A stretch of 64,000 bases of DNA from an uncultured Pelagibacteraceae bacterium (GTDB lineage: Bacteria; Pseudomonadota; Alphaproteobacteria; Pelagibacterales; Pelagibacteraceae), in contig CACLEU010000001.1 of the NCBI GenBank assembly GCA_902606075.1, forward strand, positions 16,356-80,355. Direction: 5' to 3'. This document shows, in pieces, positions 31,180 through 41,375 of this stretch. Each line of letters opens with the position of its first letter. The stretch's first letter is position 1. Both the position numbers and the translations under genes were made by a program. Below the pieces are notes generated by a model that searched no databases, was not told the origin of the DNA, and was given only the letters and a program-made list of their open reading frames with translations.

Positions 31180-33867
31180 TTATCCGGTATTTTTTATTGC
31201 TGCTGATATACCTGCTATGCTAGTCATTAAGGCATCATTTAAATTATTGTTATTTATTTTATTATTGTTTTTTTTGGTTAATTTCATCATTACTGTGGCT
31301 TGTAATATGTTTAAAACTTCAGAATATACATTTCTTATAATTGCGGGACCTCTAAATGCTTTTCTTTGTTTTAAAATTTCAGATGGTGTAATATTGTGGT
31401 TAAGTTTTTTTAAGGCTTCAAATTGGAATCTAAGTTTTTTTCCAACTCTTTTTAAGTCAATATCTGCTAAATTATCTTCATAAATTTTTGAAATCTCCGG
31501 ATCAACTTTTGATATAACCATGTCCAATAAGTCCATTGTAGAATTAAAAAAAGGCCAGTTTTTTTCCATATCGATTAATGTTTTTTTAAATTTTTTTATT
31601 GATGAATATCTTAATGCTTCAGCAGTTCCTAACCATGCCGGTAACATAAGTCTTATTTGAGTCCAAGCAAACACCCAGGGTATTGCTCTAAGACCTTTAA
31701 TATTATCTAAATTTTTTCTTTTAGATGGACGAGAACCGATAGATAATTTCCCTAACGCTAAATGAGGAGTAACTGTTTTAAAGTATCGGATAAATTCTGT
31801 ACTTGATGTTAAATTTTTTCTATAAGAACTTTTAGATATATCAGACATGCTTTCTATCAAATTTCTCCAATTTTCTTTTGGTTGTGGAGGAGGCATTAAA
31901 GTAGCTAACATCACAGAACTTATGTAACTACATAAATTATATTTAGCTATAGGCTCATAACCGTATTTTTGTTGTATCACTTCACCTTGATCGGTAATTC
32001 TTATTTTTCCATTAACTGAACCAGGCGGTTGAGATCTAAGAGTAGCCTGTATTGGTCCGCCTCCCCTTCCAGCTGAACCACCTCTTCCATGGAAAAAAGA
32101 TAATTTTACTTTAAATTTTTTTGATGACGCTAAAATTTCTTCTTGTAATTTATATTGGTGCCACCCTGCACATAGTTTACCTGCGTCTTTACTAGAATCT
32201 GAATAACCAATCATGATTTCTTGTTCATTATTAATCAAATTTCGGTACCAACCTAATTTAAATAAAGTAGACATGATATCGCTTCCACTTATCAAATCAT
32301 CTAAGGTTTCAAACAAAGGTACTACTCTTAATTTATCTTTAATGTTTGCTTCTTTTTGTAAAAGGATTACTGAGAGAATATCAGAAGCTGAGGATGTCAT
32401 AGATATAATATAAGCTCCTAAGCATTCTTTTGGTTGACTTGCTAAAGCTTTAAAAGTTGACCAAACTTCTAAATTTTCTCTATCTTTGAATTGAAAACTA
32501 TTAATAAAATTTTTACCCCTTATTCTTTTAGTCAAAAACTTTATCTTTTCTAGCTCAGTCCAAGAATAATAGTTCTTCTTGAATTTTCTTTTTATTATCT
32601 CAGCAATAAGTTTCGTATGCCGGGATGACTCTTGTCTAATGTCTAATCTAGCAAGATTAATACCAAAGCATTTTGCTCTTCTCATTAAGTCTAATAGTTC
32701 TCCACTTGCAATGTTTTGATTTTGTGACTGTTCCAAAGACTCTCTAACAACTCTCAATGGTTTTAAAATATCTTCCTTTGAGGAAATAAGTTCTTTTTGA
32801 TTTAGAGGTTTTTTTTGAACCAAATGTCGTTCTATCATCCTATGAGTTCTTCTCATTCTATCTCTTAGCGGTCTCAGATAAACTCTATAAGGTTCATATG
32901 AGTGACCTGTATATTTTAATATTTTTTTGGAACATTTTTGCATCGAAAAGGATCTAATTAATTTTGTTAAAGATTTTTCATAAAGTTTTGCAGCTTCCCA
33001 TCTCGATAAAAGCAAAACCTCCTCAGTAACCTTAGACGTTACGAAAGGATTTCCATCTCTGTCACCACCCATCCATGAACCAAATTCAATAGGATTAAAA
33101 TTTTTTGGTAAATTTTTTTTCATATTTTTTACAAATATTTCATTAAGTCTTCTGTAAACTTTTGGAATAGTGTCCCATAAACTATCCTCTATTATTGCTA
33201 ATCCCCATCTAGCTTCATCAAATGGAGATGGTTTATATCTTTTAAGTTCATCTGTGTTCCAGATTATTGTTATTTCATCAAACATTTTTTTGTCTAATAC
33301 TTTTATTTTTGAAGGATATTTCTGGAGTAAATTTCTTTGTTCCAATATTTCAGTTAATGCATGATATTTTTGAATTAAGGTTCTTCTCTTGACCTCTGTT
33401 GGATGAGCAGTTAAAACAATACCGATATTAAGTCTTTTTGCTAAATCATAAATTGTTTTATTTGAAATATTCTTATTTTTAAAAAAACTCTCAAATATTT
33501 CTTCAATAAATATATTTTTATTTTTTTTTCTTTTCACGGAATTTTCGTATTGGTCTAGAGTTCTAGAAGCATCCACAGACTCTGCCAAATTATACAAATT
33601 CATAAAATGATTGTATGCTCTAGTTAGTTTGAGTAGATCTTTAGGATTTTGTTTTTTAATTTCTCTAGACAAATTTGCGAATGGGGTTTTTTTATTTTTA
33701 TTTGCGGTATTAGCTTTTGATAAAAGCCTTGTTTTTTCAACTAGTTTAAAAAAATTAATTCCTTCTTGTTCTTTTATAACTTTTCCTAAAATATTTCCTA
33801 AATACCTAACATCATTTCTTAAACTTTTAGTGGGGATTCTCTCATAATAAAGATCTCTTTTTATCAT
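31180..33867 (-). CDS. ppc: Phosphoenolpyruvate carboxylase
   Basis: VLTAHPT, SWMGGDRDGNP, MIGYSDSSKDAG, FHGRGG, LRAIPW, C-terminal KNTG. Confidence 0.97.
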   Translation of the reverse strand: MIKRDLYYERIPTKSLRNDVRYLGNILGKVIKEQEGINFFKLVEKTRLLSKANTANKNKKTPFANLSREIKKQNPKDLLKLTRAYNHFMNLYNLAESVDASRTLDQYENSVKRKKNKNIFIEEIFESFFKNKNISNKTIYDLAKRLNIGIVLTAHPTEVKRRTLIQKYHALTEILEQRNLLQKYPSKIKVLDKKMFDEITIIWNTDELKRYKPSPFDEARWGLAIIEDSLWDTIPKVYRRLNEIFVKNMKKNLPKNFNPIEFGSWMGGDRDGNPFVTSKVTEEVLLLSRWEAAKLYEKSLTKLIRSFSMQKCSKKILKYTGHSYEPYRVYLRPLRDRMRRTHRMIERHLVQKKPLNQKELISSKEDILKPLRVVRESLEQSQNQNIASGELLDLMRRAKCFGINLARLDIRQESSRHTKLIAEIIKRKFKKNYYSWTELEKIKFLTKRIRGKNFINSFQFKDRENLEVWSTFKALASQPKECLGAYIISMTSSASDILSVILLQKEANIKDKLRVVPLFETLDDLISGSDIMSTLFKLGWYRNLINNEQEIMIGYSDSSKDAGKLCAGWHQYKLQEEILASSKKFKVKLSFFHGRGGSAGRGGGPIQATLRSQPPGSVNGKIRITDQGEVIQQKYGYEPIAKYNLCSYISSVMLATLMPPPQPKENWRNLIESMSDISKSSYRKNLTSSTEFIRYFKTVTPHLALGKLSIGSRPSKRKNLDNIKGLRAIPWVFAWTQIRLMLPAWLGTAEALRYSSIKKFKKTLIDMEKNWPFFNSTMDLLDMVISKVDPEISKIYEDNLADIDLKRVGKKLRFQFEALKKLNHNITPSEILKQRKAFRGPAIIRNVYSEVLNILQATVMMKLTKKNNNKINNNNLNDALMTSIAGISAAIKNTG

Positions 33868-33891
33868 TAATAAGTTATTTTCTTAAATTAA

Positions 33892-34617
33892 TTATTTTTC
33901 CCAATCAAATCTTGGAAATGAATTAAATATTTTTAAAATGCCCTCAGACCATTCACCTGAAACTTTTGAAAATTCTTTGTCATTTAAATTCAAGCATTTT
34001 TGAGAAGTAATTTTTAATTCATCTTTTTTATAAACTACAAAATCTATCGGTGGGCCAACTGTTAAGTCACTTTTTAATGTTGAGTCCATTGAAATTAATG
34101 CACATCTCGAAGCATCGCCTATGGACACATCTGGTGTAACAACTCTATCTAATATTGGTTTGCCATATTTAACTTCTCCTATTACTAAATATGGTTTGCT
34201 ATCTGCAGGTTTAATGTAATTGCCTTGGGGATAAACTAAAAACAATTCCATTTCTTGTCCTTTAATTTGCCCACCTACAATAAAAGTTGATCCAAGTAAT
34301 ACAGTATCTGTATTTATACCTTTGGGAGAAGAATGTTTAATATTTAAACCTCCAACATATTTTGCTATTTGGTCGAAATCTTCACATGTATTTAAATTTT
34401 TGATGCCAGTTTTATTCTCCAGATCTTTCTCAATAGATTTATAAACCGCTTGGGAAGTGCCAAGATTTCCTGAGGTTACAATTAAAATAGTTCTATCTCC
34501 GACGTCATATGTAAACATTTTTGAGTAAATATTTACATTATCAAAGCCAGCATTAGTTCTTGAGTCTGAAGCTATTATTATTCCCTCTTTAGTTTTAATT
34601 CCTATACAATATGTCAT
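33892..34617 (-). CDS. Anbu proteasome-type Ntn protease
   Basis: Thr nucleophile after Met (MTYCIG), SDSRTNAG, SGNL, LVYPQGN, IGEVKYGKPILDR, SMDSTLKSDLTVGPP. Confidence 0.92.
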   Translation of the reverse strand: MTYCIGIKTKEGIIIASDSRTNAGFDNVNIYSKMFTYDVGDRTILIVTSGNLGTSQAVYKSIEKDLENKTGIKNLNTCEDFDQIAKYVGGLNIKHSSPKGINTDTVLLGSTFIVGGQIKGQEMELFLVYPQGNYIKPADSKPYLVIGEVKYGKPILDRVVTPDVSIGDASRCALISMDSTLKSDLTVGPPIDFVVYKKDELKITSQKCLNLNDKEFSKVSGEWSEGILKIFNSFPRFDWEK

Positions 34618-34661
34618 TCATTTATGTATTATTTAATTAAGCATGCTATTTATAATCGATT

Positions 34662-34679
34662 TATATCATATCTGATATA
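34662..34679. promoter_or_regulatory. Inverted repeat TATATCA-N4-TGATATA in divergent promoter region
   Basis: Perfect 7-bp arms near the middle of the 109-bp spacer. Confidence 0.4.
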
Positions 34680-34726
34680 TCTAAAATGCATTTGCATAAT
34701 ACGTTTAACTAATAAAAGCTATCAAA

Positions 34727-36172
34727 ATGGTTACTAAGTTGTGGAAAAACTATAATGCTAAATATGCATACGATGGATATTTTACCGAGGATAATAAGCT
34801 ACGAAAACATGCTATGATAATTTCTAATATCCTTGAGAAATATGGGAAAAAAAAATTACAAGAAATTGAAAAAAATTGTCAAAGTACTATAAGTGCTAGA
34901 GGTATTAACTTTAGGGTTTATGCGGCAAACAATAGAGCAGAAGAAAAAAAATGGCCCTTAGATATAATACCAAGAATTATTCCAAGAACTCAATGGAACA
35001 AAGTTTCAAAGGGATTACAACAAAGAGTTAAAGCCCTAAATTTATTTATTGATGACGTCTATAATCAAAAAAAGATATTTAAGGATAATATTGTCCCAAA
35101 AGAAATAATATTTAAATCACCCTACTATGTAAAAGAGTGTGAAGGTTTTTCACCAAAATATAAGGCATGGTCAAACATTTCTGGAGTAGATCTTATAAGG
35201 AATAAGGCTGGAGATTATTTAGTTTTAGAAGATAATCTAAGAGTTCCCTCAGGTGTTTCTTACATGCTTGAGAATAGAATGGTTATGAGAGATGTTTTTC
35301 CTGAACTGTTTACTAGGTATAAAGTTGCATCAATTAATCATTATACAAATAAACTTTTCAATTGCATGATCGAATGTATTCCTAAAAAAACTAAAGATCC
35401 TCATATGGTAGTTTTAACACCAGGAATTTATAATTCCGCATATTTCGAACATTCATATTTAGCTGAACAAATGGGCATTGCCCTGGTAGAGGGAAAAGAT
35501 CTTTTTGTTGAAAATGATATAGTTTACATGAAAACAGTTAAAGGACCTTTGAGAGTTGATTGTATATATAGACGATTAGATGATAGCTTTTTAGATCCTA
35601 AAACATTTAATAAGGAGTCTGTAATTGGTGTACCTGGGTTGTTCAAATGTTGGAGAAAAGGAAATGTTGGTATTTTAAATGCCATAGGAACAGGGGTTGC
35701 AGATGACAAGGTAGTTTATTCTTATGTAAATAAAATGATAGTTTATTACTTAGGTGAACAACCAATTTTAAACCAAGTGGAGACTTATTTGTGTCATGAA
35801 AAAATACAAAGAGATTACGTAATAGAAAACATTTCAAAATTAGTTGTTAAACCTGCAAATGCCTCGGGTGGCTATGGCATTATGATAGGGCCAAAGGCTC
35901 CTGCTAAAGAAAGAGAAGAAGTAATAAATAAAATAAAAAAAAATCCTAGAGAATTTATTGCACAACCGTTAGAAATTTTATCAACAGCACCAACGATTAC
36001 AAAAGACGACATTGAGCCTAGACATCTTGATTTAAGACCTTTTGTTCTAAGTGGAAAAACTTCCTACGTTACAACTGGAGGACTTACAAGAGTAGCTTTA
36101 CGAAAAGGTAGTACAATTGTAAATAGCTCGCAAGGGGGTGGCTCTAAAGATACGTTAATTGTTGATATGTAG
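34727..36172 (+). CDS. Circularly permuted type 2 ATP-grasp protein
   Basis: PLDIIPRII, VLEDNLRVPSGVSYMLENR, LTPGIYNSAYFEH, IYRRLDD, VADDK, VNSSQGGGSKDT. Confidence 0.93.
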   Translation: MVTKLWKNYNAKYAYDGYFTEDNKLRKHAMIISNILEKYGKKKLQEIEKNCQSTISARGINFRVYAANNRAEEKKWPLDIIPRIIPRTQWNKVSKGLQQRVKALNLFIDDVYNQKKIFKDNIVPKEIIFKSPYYVKECEGFSPKYKAWSNISGVDLIRNKAGDYLVLEDNLRVPSGVSYMLENRMVMRDVFPELFTRYKVASINHYTNKLFNCMIECIPKKTKDPHMVVLTPGIYNSAYFEHSYLAEQMGIALVEGKDLFVENDIVYMKTVKGPLRVDCIYRRLDDSFLDPKTFNKESVIGVPGLFKCWRKGNVGILNAIGTGVADDKVVYSYVNKMIVYYLGEQPILNQVETYLCHEKIQRDYVIENISKLVVKPANASGGYGIMIGPKAPAKEREEVINKIKKNPREFIAQPLEILSTAPTITKDDIEPRHLDLRPFVLSGKTSYVTTGGLTRVALRKGSTIVNSSQGGGSKDTLIVDM

Positions 36173-36207
36173 TAAACTTGTTTATAAAACTGTGACTAAT
36201 TTAAGTT

Positions 36208-37002
36208 ATGAATTCAAAAATACTTATATTCACAGATTTAGATGGAACGTTGTTAGATAGAGATACTTTTAAATTTGATAAAATTTTCTATTACTTAAAA
36301 AAACTACTTTTAAAAAACATTCATATAATACCCAATTCAAGCAAAACTCGGCAAGAGATAGAGAACTTTAATCAAGAATTAGATGAAAATTTATCTTTCG
36401 TAGTTGAAAATGGAGCGGCTATTCATAATTTAAACTTAATCAATTCGAGTTTTCCAGAAAAAATAAGCTTAAGTAGAGAGATTGATGAAATATTAAAAAT
36501 ATTTGAGATTAAAATTCCTAATAAATATAAATCAAAATGCAAATTTGTTAAAAATTTAAGTTTTGATAAACAGTCAAAAATTCTTGGACTTAACAAAGAA
36601 AATATTAAGGCTGCACTAAACAGACAATACTCAACACCTTTATTATTTGAGGGTTCAAAATCTGATAAAATAGATCTATTCAAATTTGTAAATGATGCGG
36701 GTCTGTCATTACAAGAGGGAGGAAGAGTGATTAATCTTTGTGATAAAGTCAGTAAATCACAGGCAATGAAAAATGTTATAAAAGTATTTAAAAAAATTAC
36801 TAAAGAAAAATTAATCACAGTTGGGGTTGGTGATAATTTTAATGATTTAGAAATGCTTAAAAATAGCGATATACCTTGTTTAGTCTTCAATGATAAATTT
36901 ACATTAGAAAAAATAAATATAAATAACTGTTTAGTGTCAAAAAAACCTGCACCAGAGGGCTGGGAAGAAGTTGTCAAATTGGCTCTGGAAAAAATAATAT
37001 AA
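36208..37002 (+). CDS. HAD-IIB mannosyl/glucosyl-3-phosphoglycerate phosphatase (MpgP/GpgP)
   Basis: IFTDLDGTLLD, NSSKT, ENG, GGR, GDNFNDLEML, APEGW. Confidence 0.85.
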   Translation: MNSKILIFTDLDGTLLDRDTFKFDKIFYYLKKLLLKNIHIIPNSSKTRQEIENFNQELDENLSFVVENGAAIHNLNLINSSFPEKISLSREIDEILKIFEIKIPNKYKSKCKFVKNLSFDKQSKILGLNKENIKAALNRQYSTPLLFEGSKSDKIDLFKFVNDAGLSLQEGGRVINLCDKVSKSQAMKNVIKVFKKITKEKLITVGVGDNFNDLEMLKNSDIPCLVFNDKFTLEKININNCLVSKKPAPEGWEEVVKLALEKII

Positions 37003-37019
37003 TGTTACTAGAATAAGTT

Positions 37020-38240
37020 ATGGGTGATTTTTCTCAAAACGGAATAGTTTCTACACTGCATGATTTTGGTACAAAATCTACAACAGAAATCGAGAAAGAT
37101 TTACTAAGCTTTTCTAAAGAAAGAAAAATGGAATTAATCCTCCCTTGTCTATACTCAGAATTGGAGGGTACTGCATTACCTAATATCGTAGAACAAATAA
37201 GTAAAACAAAATATTTAAATCATGTAATTATAGGACTAGATAAAGCATCAGAAAGCCAGGCACGGAAGGCTTGGAAATTTTTTAAAAAAATAAATGTTCC
37301 TTTTACAATTCTATGGAACGATGGTCCTAAACTTAAAAAACTTGATACAGAATTAAAGAAGAAAAATTTAGCACCAAACGAAATGGGGAAAGGTAGAAAT
37401 GTTTGGTATTGCATTGGTATGTGCATTGCAAGAGATACAGCAAGATCTGTAGCATTGCATGATTGTGATATAAAAACATATGACAGAAGAATGCTAGCTA
37501 AATTATTTTATCCAGTTGTTAATCCATTATTTAACTTTGAGTTTTGTAAAGGGTACTATCCAAGAATTGCAAATAACAAAATGAACGGAAGGGTAGCGAG
37601 ACTTCTTGTGGGACCTTTATTAACCGCATTGGAAAAAACTATTGGCAAAAGTGATTATATAAATTTTATGAAATCCTTTAAGTATCCTTTAGCAGGTGAA
37701 TTTTCATTTAGAAGAAATGTTTTACCAGAATTAAGAATTTCATCCGATTGGGGTATAGAAGTTGGAATTTTATCTGAAATGCAAAGAAGCTTTTCACCGA
37801 ATAATATTTGCCAAGTTGATTTAGCAGACACTTATGATCATAAACATCAAGATCTCTCTATCGATGACGAGACAAAAGGATTGTCAAAAATGTCAATTGA
37901 TATCATTAAGACATTTATTAAAAAATTGGCTACTCAAGGAAATTCTTTTAGTAGAGAAAAATTTAGATCTTTAAAAGCAACATACTATAGATCTGCACTA
38001 GACTTAATTGATATTTACAGAAGTGATGCTGAAATGAATGGATTGAAGTTTGACTCTCATAAAGAAGAGGAAGCTGTAGAATTATTCGCAGTTAATATAA
38101 TGAAGGCAGGAGAGGCTTTTTATATAAATCCTATGGATACACCGTTCATTCCAACTTGGAGTAGAGTTAAAAGTGCAATACCAGATTTTCTTCTAAGGTT
38201 AAATAAAGCTGTTTCTGAGGATAATAAAAAATTTATTTAA
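37020..38240 (+). CDS. gpgS: Glucosyl-3-phosphoglycerate synthase-like glycosyltransferase
   Basis: MGDFSQNG, GKGRNVW, HDCD, FCKGYY, GRVARL, YPLAGEF, WGIEVG, YDHKHQ. Confidence 0.8.
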   Translation: MGDFSQNGIVSTLHDFGTKSTTEIEKDLLSFSKERKMELILPCLYSELEGTALPNIVEQISKTKYLNHVIIGLDKASESQARKAWKFFKKINVPFTILWNDGPKLKKLDTELKKKNLAPNEMGKGRNVWYCIGMCIARDTARSVALHDCDIKTYDRRMLAKLFYPVVNPLFNFEFCKGYYPRIANNKMNGRVARLLVGPLLTALEKTIGKSDYINFMKSFKYPLAGEFSFRRNVLPELRISSDWGIEVGILSEMQRSFSPNNICQVDLADTYDHKHQDLSIDDETKGLSKMSIDIIKTFIKKLATQGNSFSREKFRSLKATYYRSALDLIDIYRSDAEMNGLKFDSHKEEEAVELFAVNIMKAGEAFYINPMDTPFIPTWSRVKSAIPDFLLRLNKAVSEDNKKFI

Positions 38241-39973
38241 TGTTATCCAAAACTGTTAAAACACAAATTAATTTTAGGCTAAAAAATATCTATAGTAAAA
38301 ACATCAAAGGTTCTGATTTAAAATTATTCGCTGATGAACTTTGTAAATTAATTCAAATTTCAAACAAAAAAATATCAAAAGCTAAAAGAAAAAATTTGAG
38401 AATATCTGAGGATACTACAGTTGTAATTTGCTACGGTGACAGTGTATTTGATAATGGTAAATTAAATTCGATCAAGTCTTTTAAAAGTTTTTATAACAGA
38501 CATTTGTCAAAGTTTTTTAATACTATTCACTTTTTGCCATTTTATCCTTCAAGTAGTGATAGCGGTTTTGCGGTAAAGGATCACTATAAAATAGATAGTA
38601 GACTAGGATCTTGGACAGATATAAACAGTTTTTCAAAGAAAAATAATATAATGGCAGATATTGTGATTAATCATGCTTCTTCTAAAGGTTTATGGTTTAA
38701 AAATTTTTTAAGAAATAAATCACCAGGCAAGGATTACTTTATAAAAGTAAACAAAAAATTTGATATCTCAAAGGTGGTTAGGCCTCGTGAAAATAGGTTG
38801 CTAAAAAAGATTAATGTTTTTAATAAACCTGATTTTATATGGAGAACATTTAGCTCTGACCAAATAGATTTGAATTTTAAAAATCCAAAGGTGTTGATGC
38901 GCTTTGTTAAAATTATGATCAACTTAGCTTGTCATGGAGTTTCAATTTTCAGATTAGATGCAATTGCCTATTTATGGAAAGAAAGTGGCACTAAATGCGT
39001 AAATCTTAAGCAAACTCATGAAATAATTAAGTTACTAAGAATAGTATGTAAATCTTTACATAATTCACCTTATATAATTACTGAAACTAATTTACCTGAA
39101 AAAGAAAACCTAAGTTATTTTGGAAAGAAAAATGACGAAGCAAATTGGATTTATAACTTTACACTACCTCCACTTCTAATTCATGCTTTTCTTTTTGAAG
39201 ATAGTTCTAAATTAAACCAATGGACTAATAAATTACCATCTACGAAATTAAAAAATAATTATTTCAATTTTATAGCGTCACATGATGGTATAGGAATGAG
39301 GCCTATTGAAGGTTATTTAAATAAGCCCACTCTTAATTCCTTATTTAAAAGGTTAAAGAAAAACGGAGCTCAACTTTCTTTTAGAAAAACTAACAAAACA
39401 CAAAAGAAAGTTTATGAAGTTAATGTAACTTTATTTAATGCTTTCAAAAATACAGATTACGATAAAAAAGGATTATATTCATTCGAAAGATATATTTCTG
39501 CACATGCAATAATGTTTTCTATTGAAGGTGTACCAGCTGTTTATTTTAATTCAATATTTGGTAAGTCTAATGATGAATACAAATATGTGATATCAAATAA
39601 TAAAAGAGACCTTAACAGATATAAATGGAACAAAGTTAAATTAGATAGGTTTTTAAAAGATAAAAAATCTAAACAAAAAATTTATTATGATCAGATTACT
39701 AATTTATTAAAAGTTAGAAAGAAACAAAAGGCTTTTCATCCAAATGCAGCTATGCGTTGTTTGTCTTTTGGTAATAAAATATTTGCTTTTAAAAGAATGA
39801 GTTTAGATAAAAAACAAGTAATCATCTGTATTACAAATATTTCATCAAAATCACAAAGTGTTTTATTAAATGATAATAAATATGGGTATAAAAACCTTTT
39901 AAGTGAAAATATTGGTATTATTAGTAAAAGATTATCCTTAAACCCATTTGAAACAGTCTGGCTATCTAATTAG
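38240..39973 (+). CDS. GH13_18 sugar phosphorylase, probably glucosylglycerate phosphorylase
   Basis: IHFLPFYPSSSDSGF, WRTFSSDQIDLN, RLDAIAYLWKE, TETN, ASHDGIG, YEVN. Confidence 0.82.
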   Translation: MLSKTVKTQINFRLKNIYSKNIKGSDLKLFADELCKLIQISNKKISKAKRKNLRISEDTTVVICYGDSVFDNGKLNSIKSFKSFYNRHLSKFFNTIHFLPFYPSSSDSGFAVKDHYKIDSRLGSWTDINSFSKKNNIMADIVINHASSKGLWFKNFLRNKSPGKDYFIKVNKKFDISKVVRPRENRLLKKINVFNKPDFIWRTFSSDQIDLNFKNPKVLMRFVKIMINLACHGVSIFRLDAIAYLWKESGTKCVNLKQTHEIIKLLRIVCKSLHNSPYIITETNLPEKENLSYFGKKNDEANWIYNFTLPPLLIHAFLFEDSSKLNQWTNKLPSTKLKNNYFNFIASHDGIGMRPIEGYLNKPTLNSLFKRLKKNGAQLSFRKTNKTQKKVYEVNVTLFNAFKNTDYDKKGLYSFERYISAHAIMFSIEGVPAVYFNSIFGKSNDEYKYVISNNKRDLNRYKWNKVKLDRFLKDKKSKQKIYYDQITNLLKVRKKQKAFHPNAAMRCLSFGNKIFAFKRMSLDKKQVIICITNISSKSQSVLLNDNKYGYKNLLSENIGIISKRLSLNPFETVWLSN

Positions 39974-40281
39974 AAAATAAAAATAAAAGCCCAGTATGAG
40001 GATAGTCCTGATACAATTGTTAAAATTACATTTCTTGTAAAAAACCCAATTACCAAAGCAGTTATTGCACCAAATATTTTTGGATCACTTATTGAAACAA
40101 AAGCTCCAAAATCATCTAACAAAACCCCAGGAAATATTATTGATGGGAAAACTACAGATGGTACATAATTTAAAATCTTTCTTAAATTATCACTAATCAT
40201 TTCTTTTTTAATTAATGTAACCATACTCATTCTTGTAAAATAAGTTAAAATTCCAGCTATAAAGATTGAAGTCCAAGTCAT
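39970..40281 (-). CDS. AzlD-domain protein
   Basis: TYFTR, LNYVPS; hydrophobic; coupled to azlC. Confidence 0.8.
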   Translation of the reverse strand: MTWTSIFIAGILTYFTRMSMVTLIKKEMISDNLRKILNYVPSVVFPSIIFPGVLLDDFGAFVSISDPKIFGAITALVIGFFTRNVILTIVSGLSSYWAFIFIF

Positions 40282-40964
40282 TTTTTTAATTTATTAATTA
40301 TCATTGCTGCAAAAAGTCCAATTAATGGAGAAATTATTATGTAAGTTTTGAAAGGAGCATTATAAAAAAAAGTGGCTGCTAGTCCTGAAATTAACATAAC
40401 TAAAACATGATCAAATTTTCTCAACTCATTTACTATTATTGCAATGAATGTTAGAGGAATTGCGAATTTTAATCCAAGTTCTTCAGGTACAATAGATCCT
40501 AAGTAAATTCCAATTATTGTTGAAACCTGCCAGATAAACCAAAGTATTATACCAGAACCAATTAAATGATAATGATTAAATTCCTCAGTTGGATTTTTTT
40601 TAAAATATTGATTTGAAACTGCAAAACCTTGGTCAACTATAAAATAAGAAATAAATAGTTTTTTAATTAGAGATAATTTTTGTAAATATTCAGATAACAC
40701 TGCACCATATAAGAAGTGTCTCGAATTTATTACTCCGACAGAAGTGATCGCAATTAATGAAGATGCACCACCAGATAAAAGTTGTAGAAAAACTATTTGA
40801 GAAGCACCACCAAAAATTATTAATGAAGTCGCATAGGTGAATAAGGGACTAAAACCCAACTCAATACCAATTGCACCGAATATAATTCCAAAAGGAAAAA
40901 CAGATAATAAATGGGGTGCAACATCTTTTATTCCAATTTTAAAAATTTCGTACTTTGAACGCAT
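40278..40964 (-). CDS. AzlC family permease
   Basis: PFGIIFG, FGGASQ, INSRHFLY, DQGFA. Confidence 0.88.
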   Translation of the reverse strand: MRSKYEIFKIGIKDVAPHLLSVFPFGIIFGAIGIELGFSPLFTYATSLIIFGGASQIVFLQLLSGGASSLIAITSVGVINSRHFLYGAVLSEYLQKLSLIKKLFISYFIVDQGFAVSNQYFKKNPTEEFNHYHLIGSGIILWFIWQVSTIIGIYLGSIVPEELGLKFAIPLTFIAIIVNELRKFDHVLVMLISGLAATFFYNAPFKTYIIISPLIGLFAAMIINKLKK

Positions 40965-41369
40965 TTAAAAATTTCTAAGAGCTTTTTCTAAATATTTGAT
41001 ATCTAACATACAGTCTTTATATCCTTGTTTAATTACATCAAGATACCTTTTGCTTGGGTAAATGAATAAACTCTTTTTAACCATGCTGTATGCCATAATT
41101 TTTTGACTATCGTTATCAAAATATATTTTTTTATATAAGATTGGAAAATCCTCATAAATATCAAGTTTTTTTTCATCTGATTTAGATATTTCATAAAGAC
41201 CACCTTGTATTGAATAATTTTTTTTACTATCTATATCTGCAACACCATATTTGCTTCTGAATGTAAGTCTAAAATCTTTGATTTCAAATTTCTTTATATA
41301 TTTAGAGTCCTTGCATCTTTTTTTCATTTGAAAATGATTTAAGTTACTACCGTAAGCAAAATATAACAT
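40965..41369 (-). CDS. Gamma-glutamylcyclotransferase family protein
   Basis: YFAYGSNL, LDIYE, PSKRYL. Confidence 0.88.
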   Translation of the reverse strand: MLYFAYGSNLNHFQMKKRCKDSKYIKKFEIKDFRLTFRSKYGVADIDSKKNYSIQGGLYEISKSDEKKLDIYEDFPILYKKIYFDNDSQKIMAYSMVKKSLFIYPSKRYLDVIKQGYKDCMLDIKYLEKALRNF

Positions 41370-41375
41370 TTAGAT

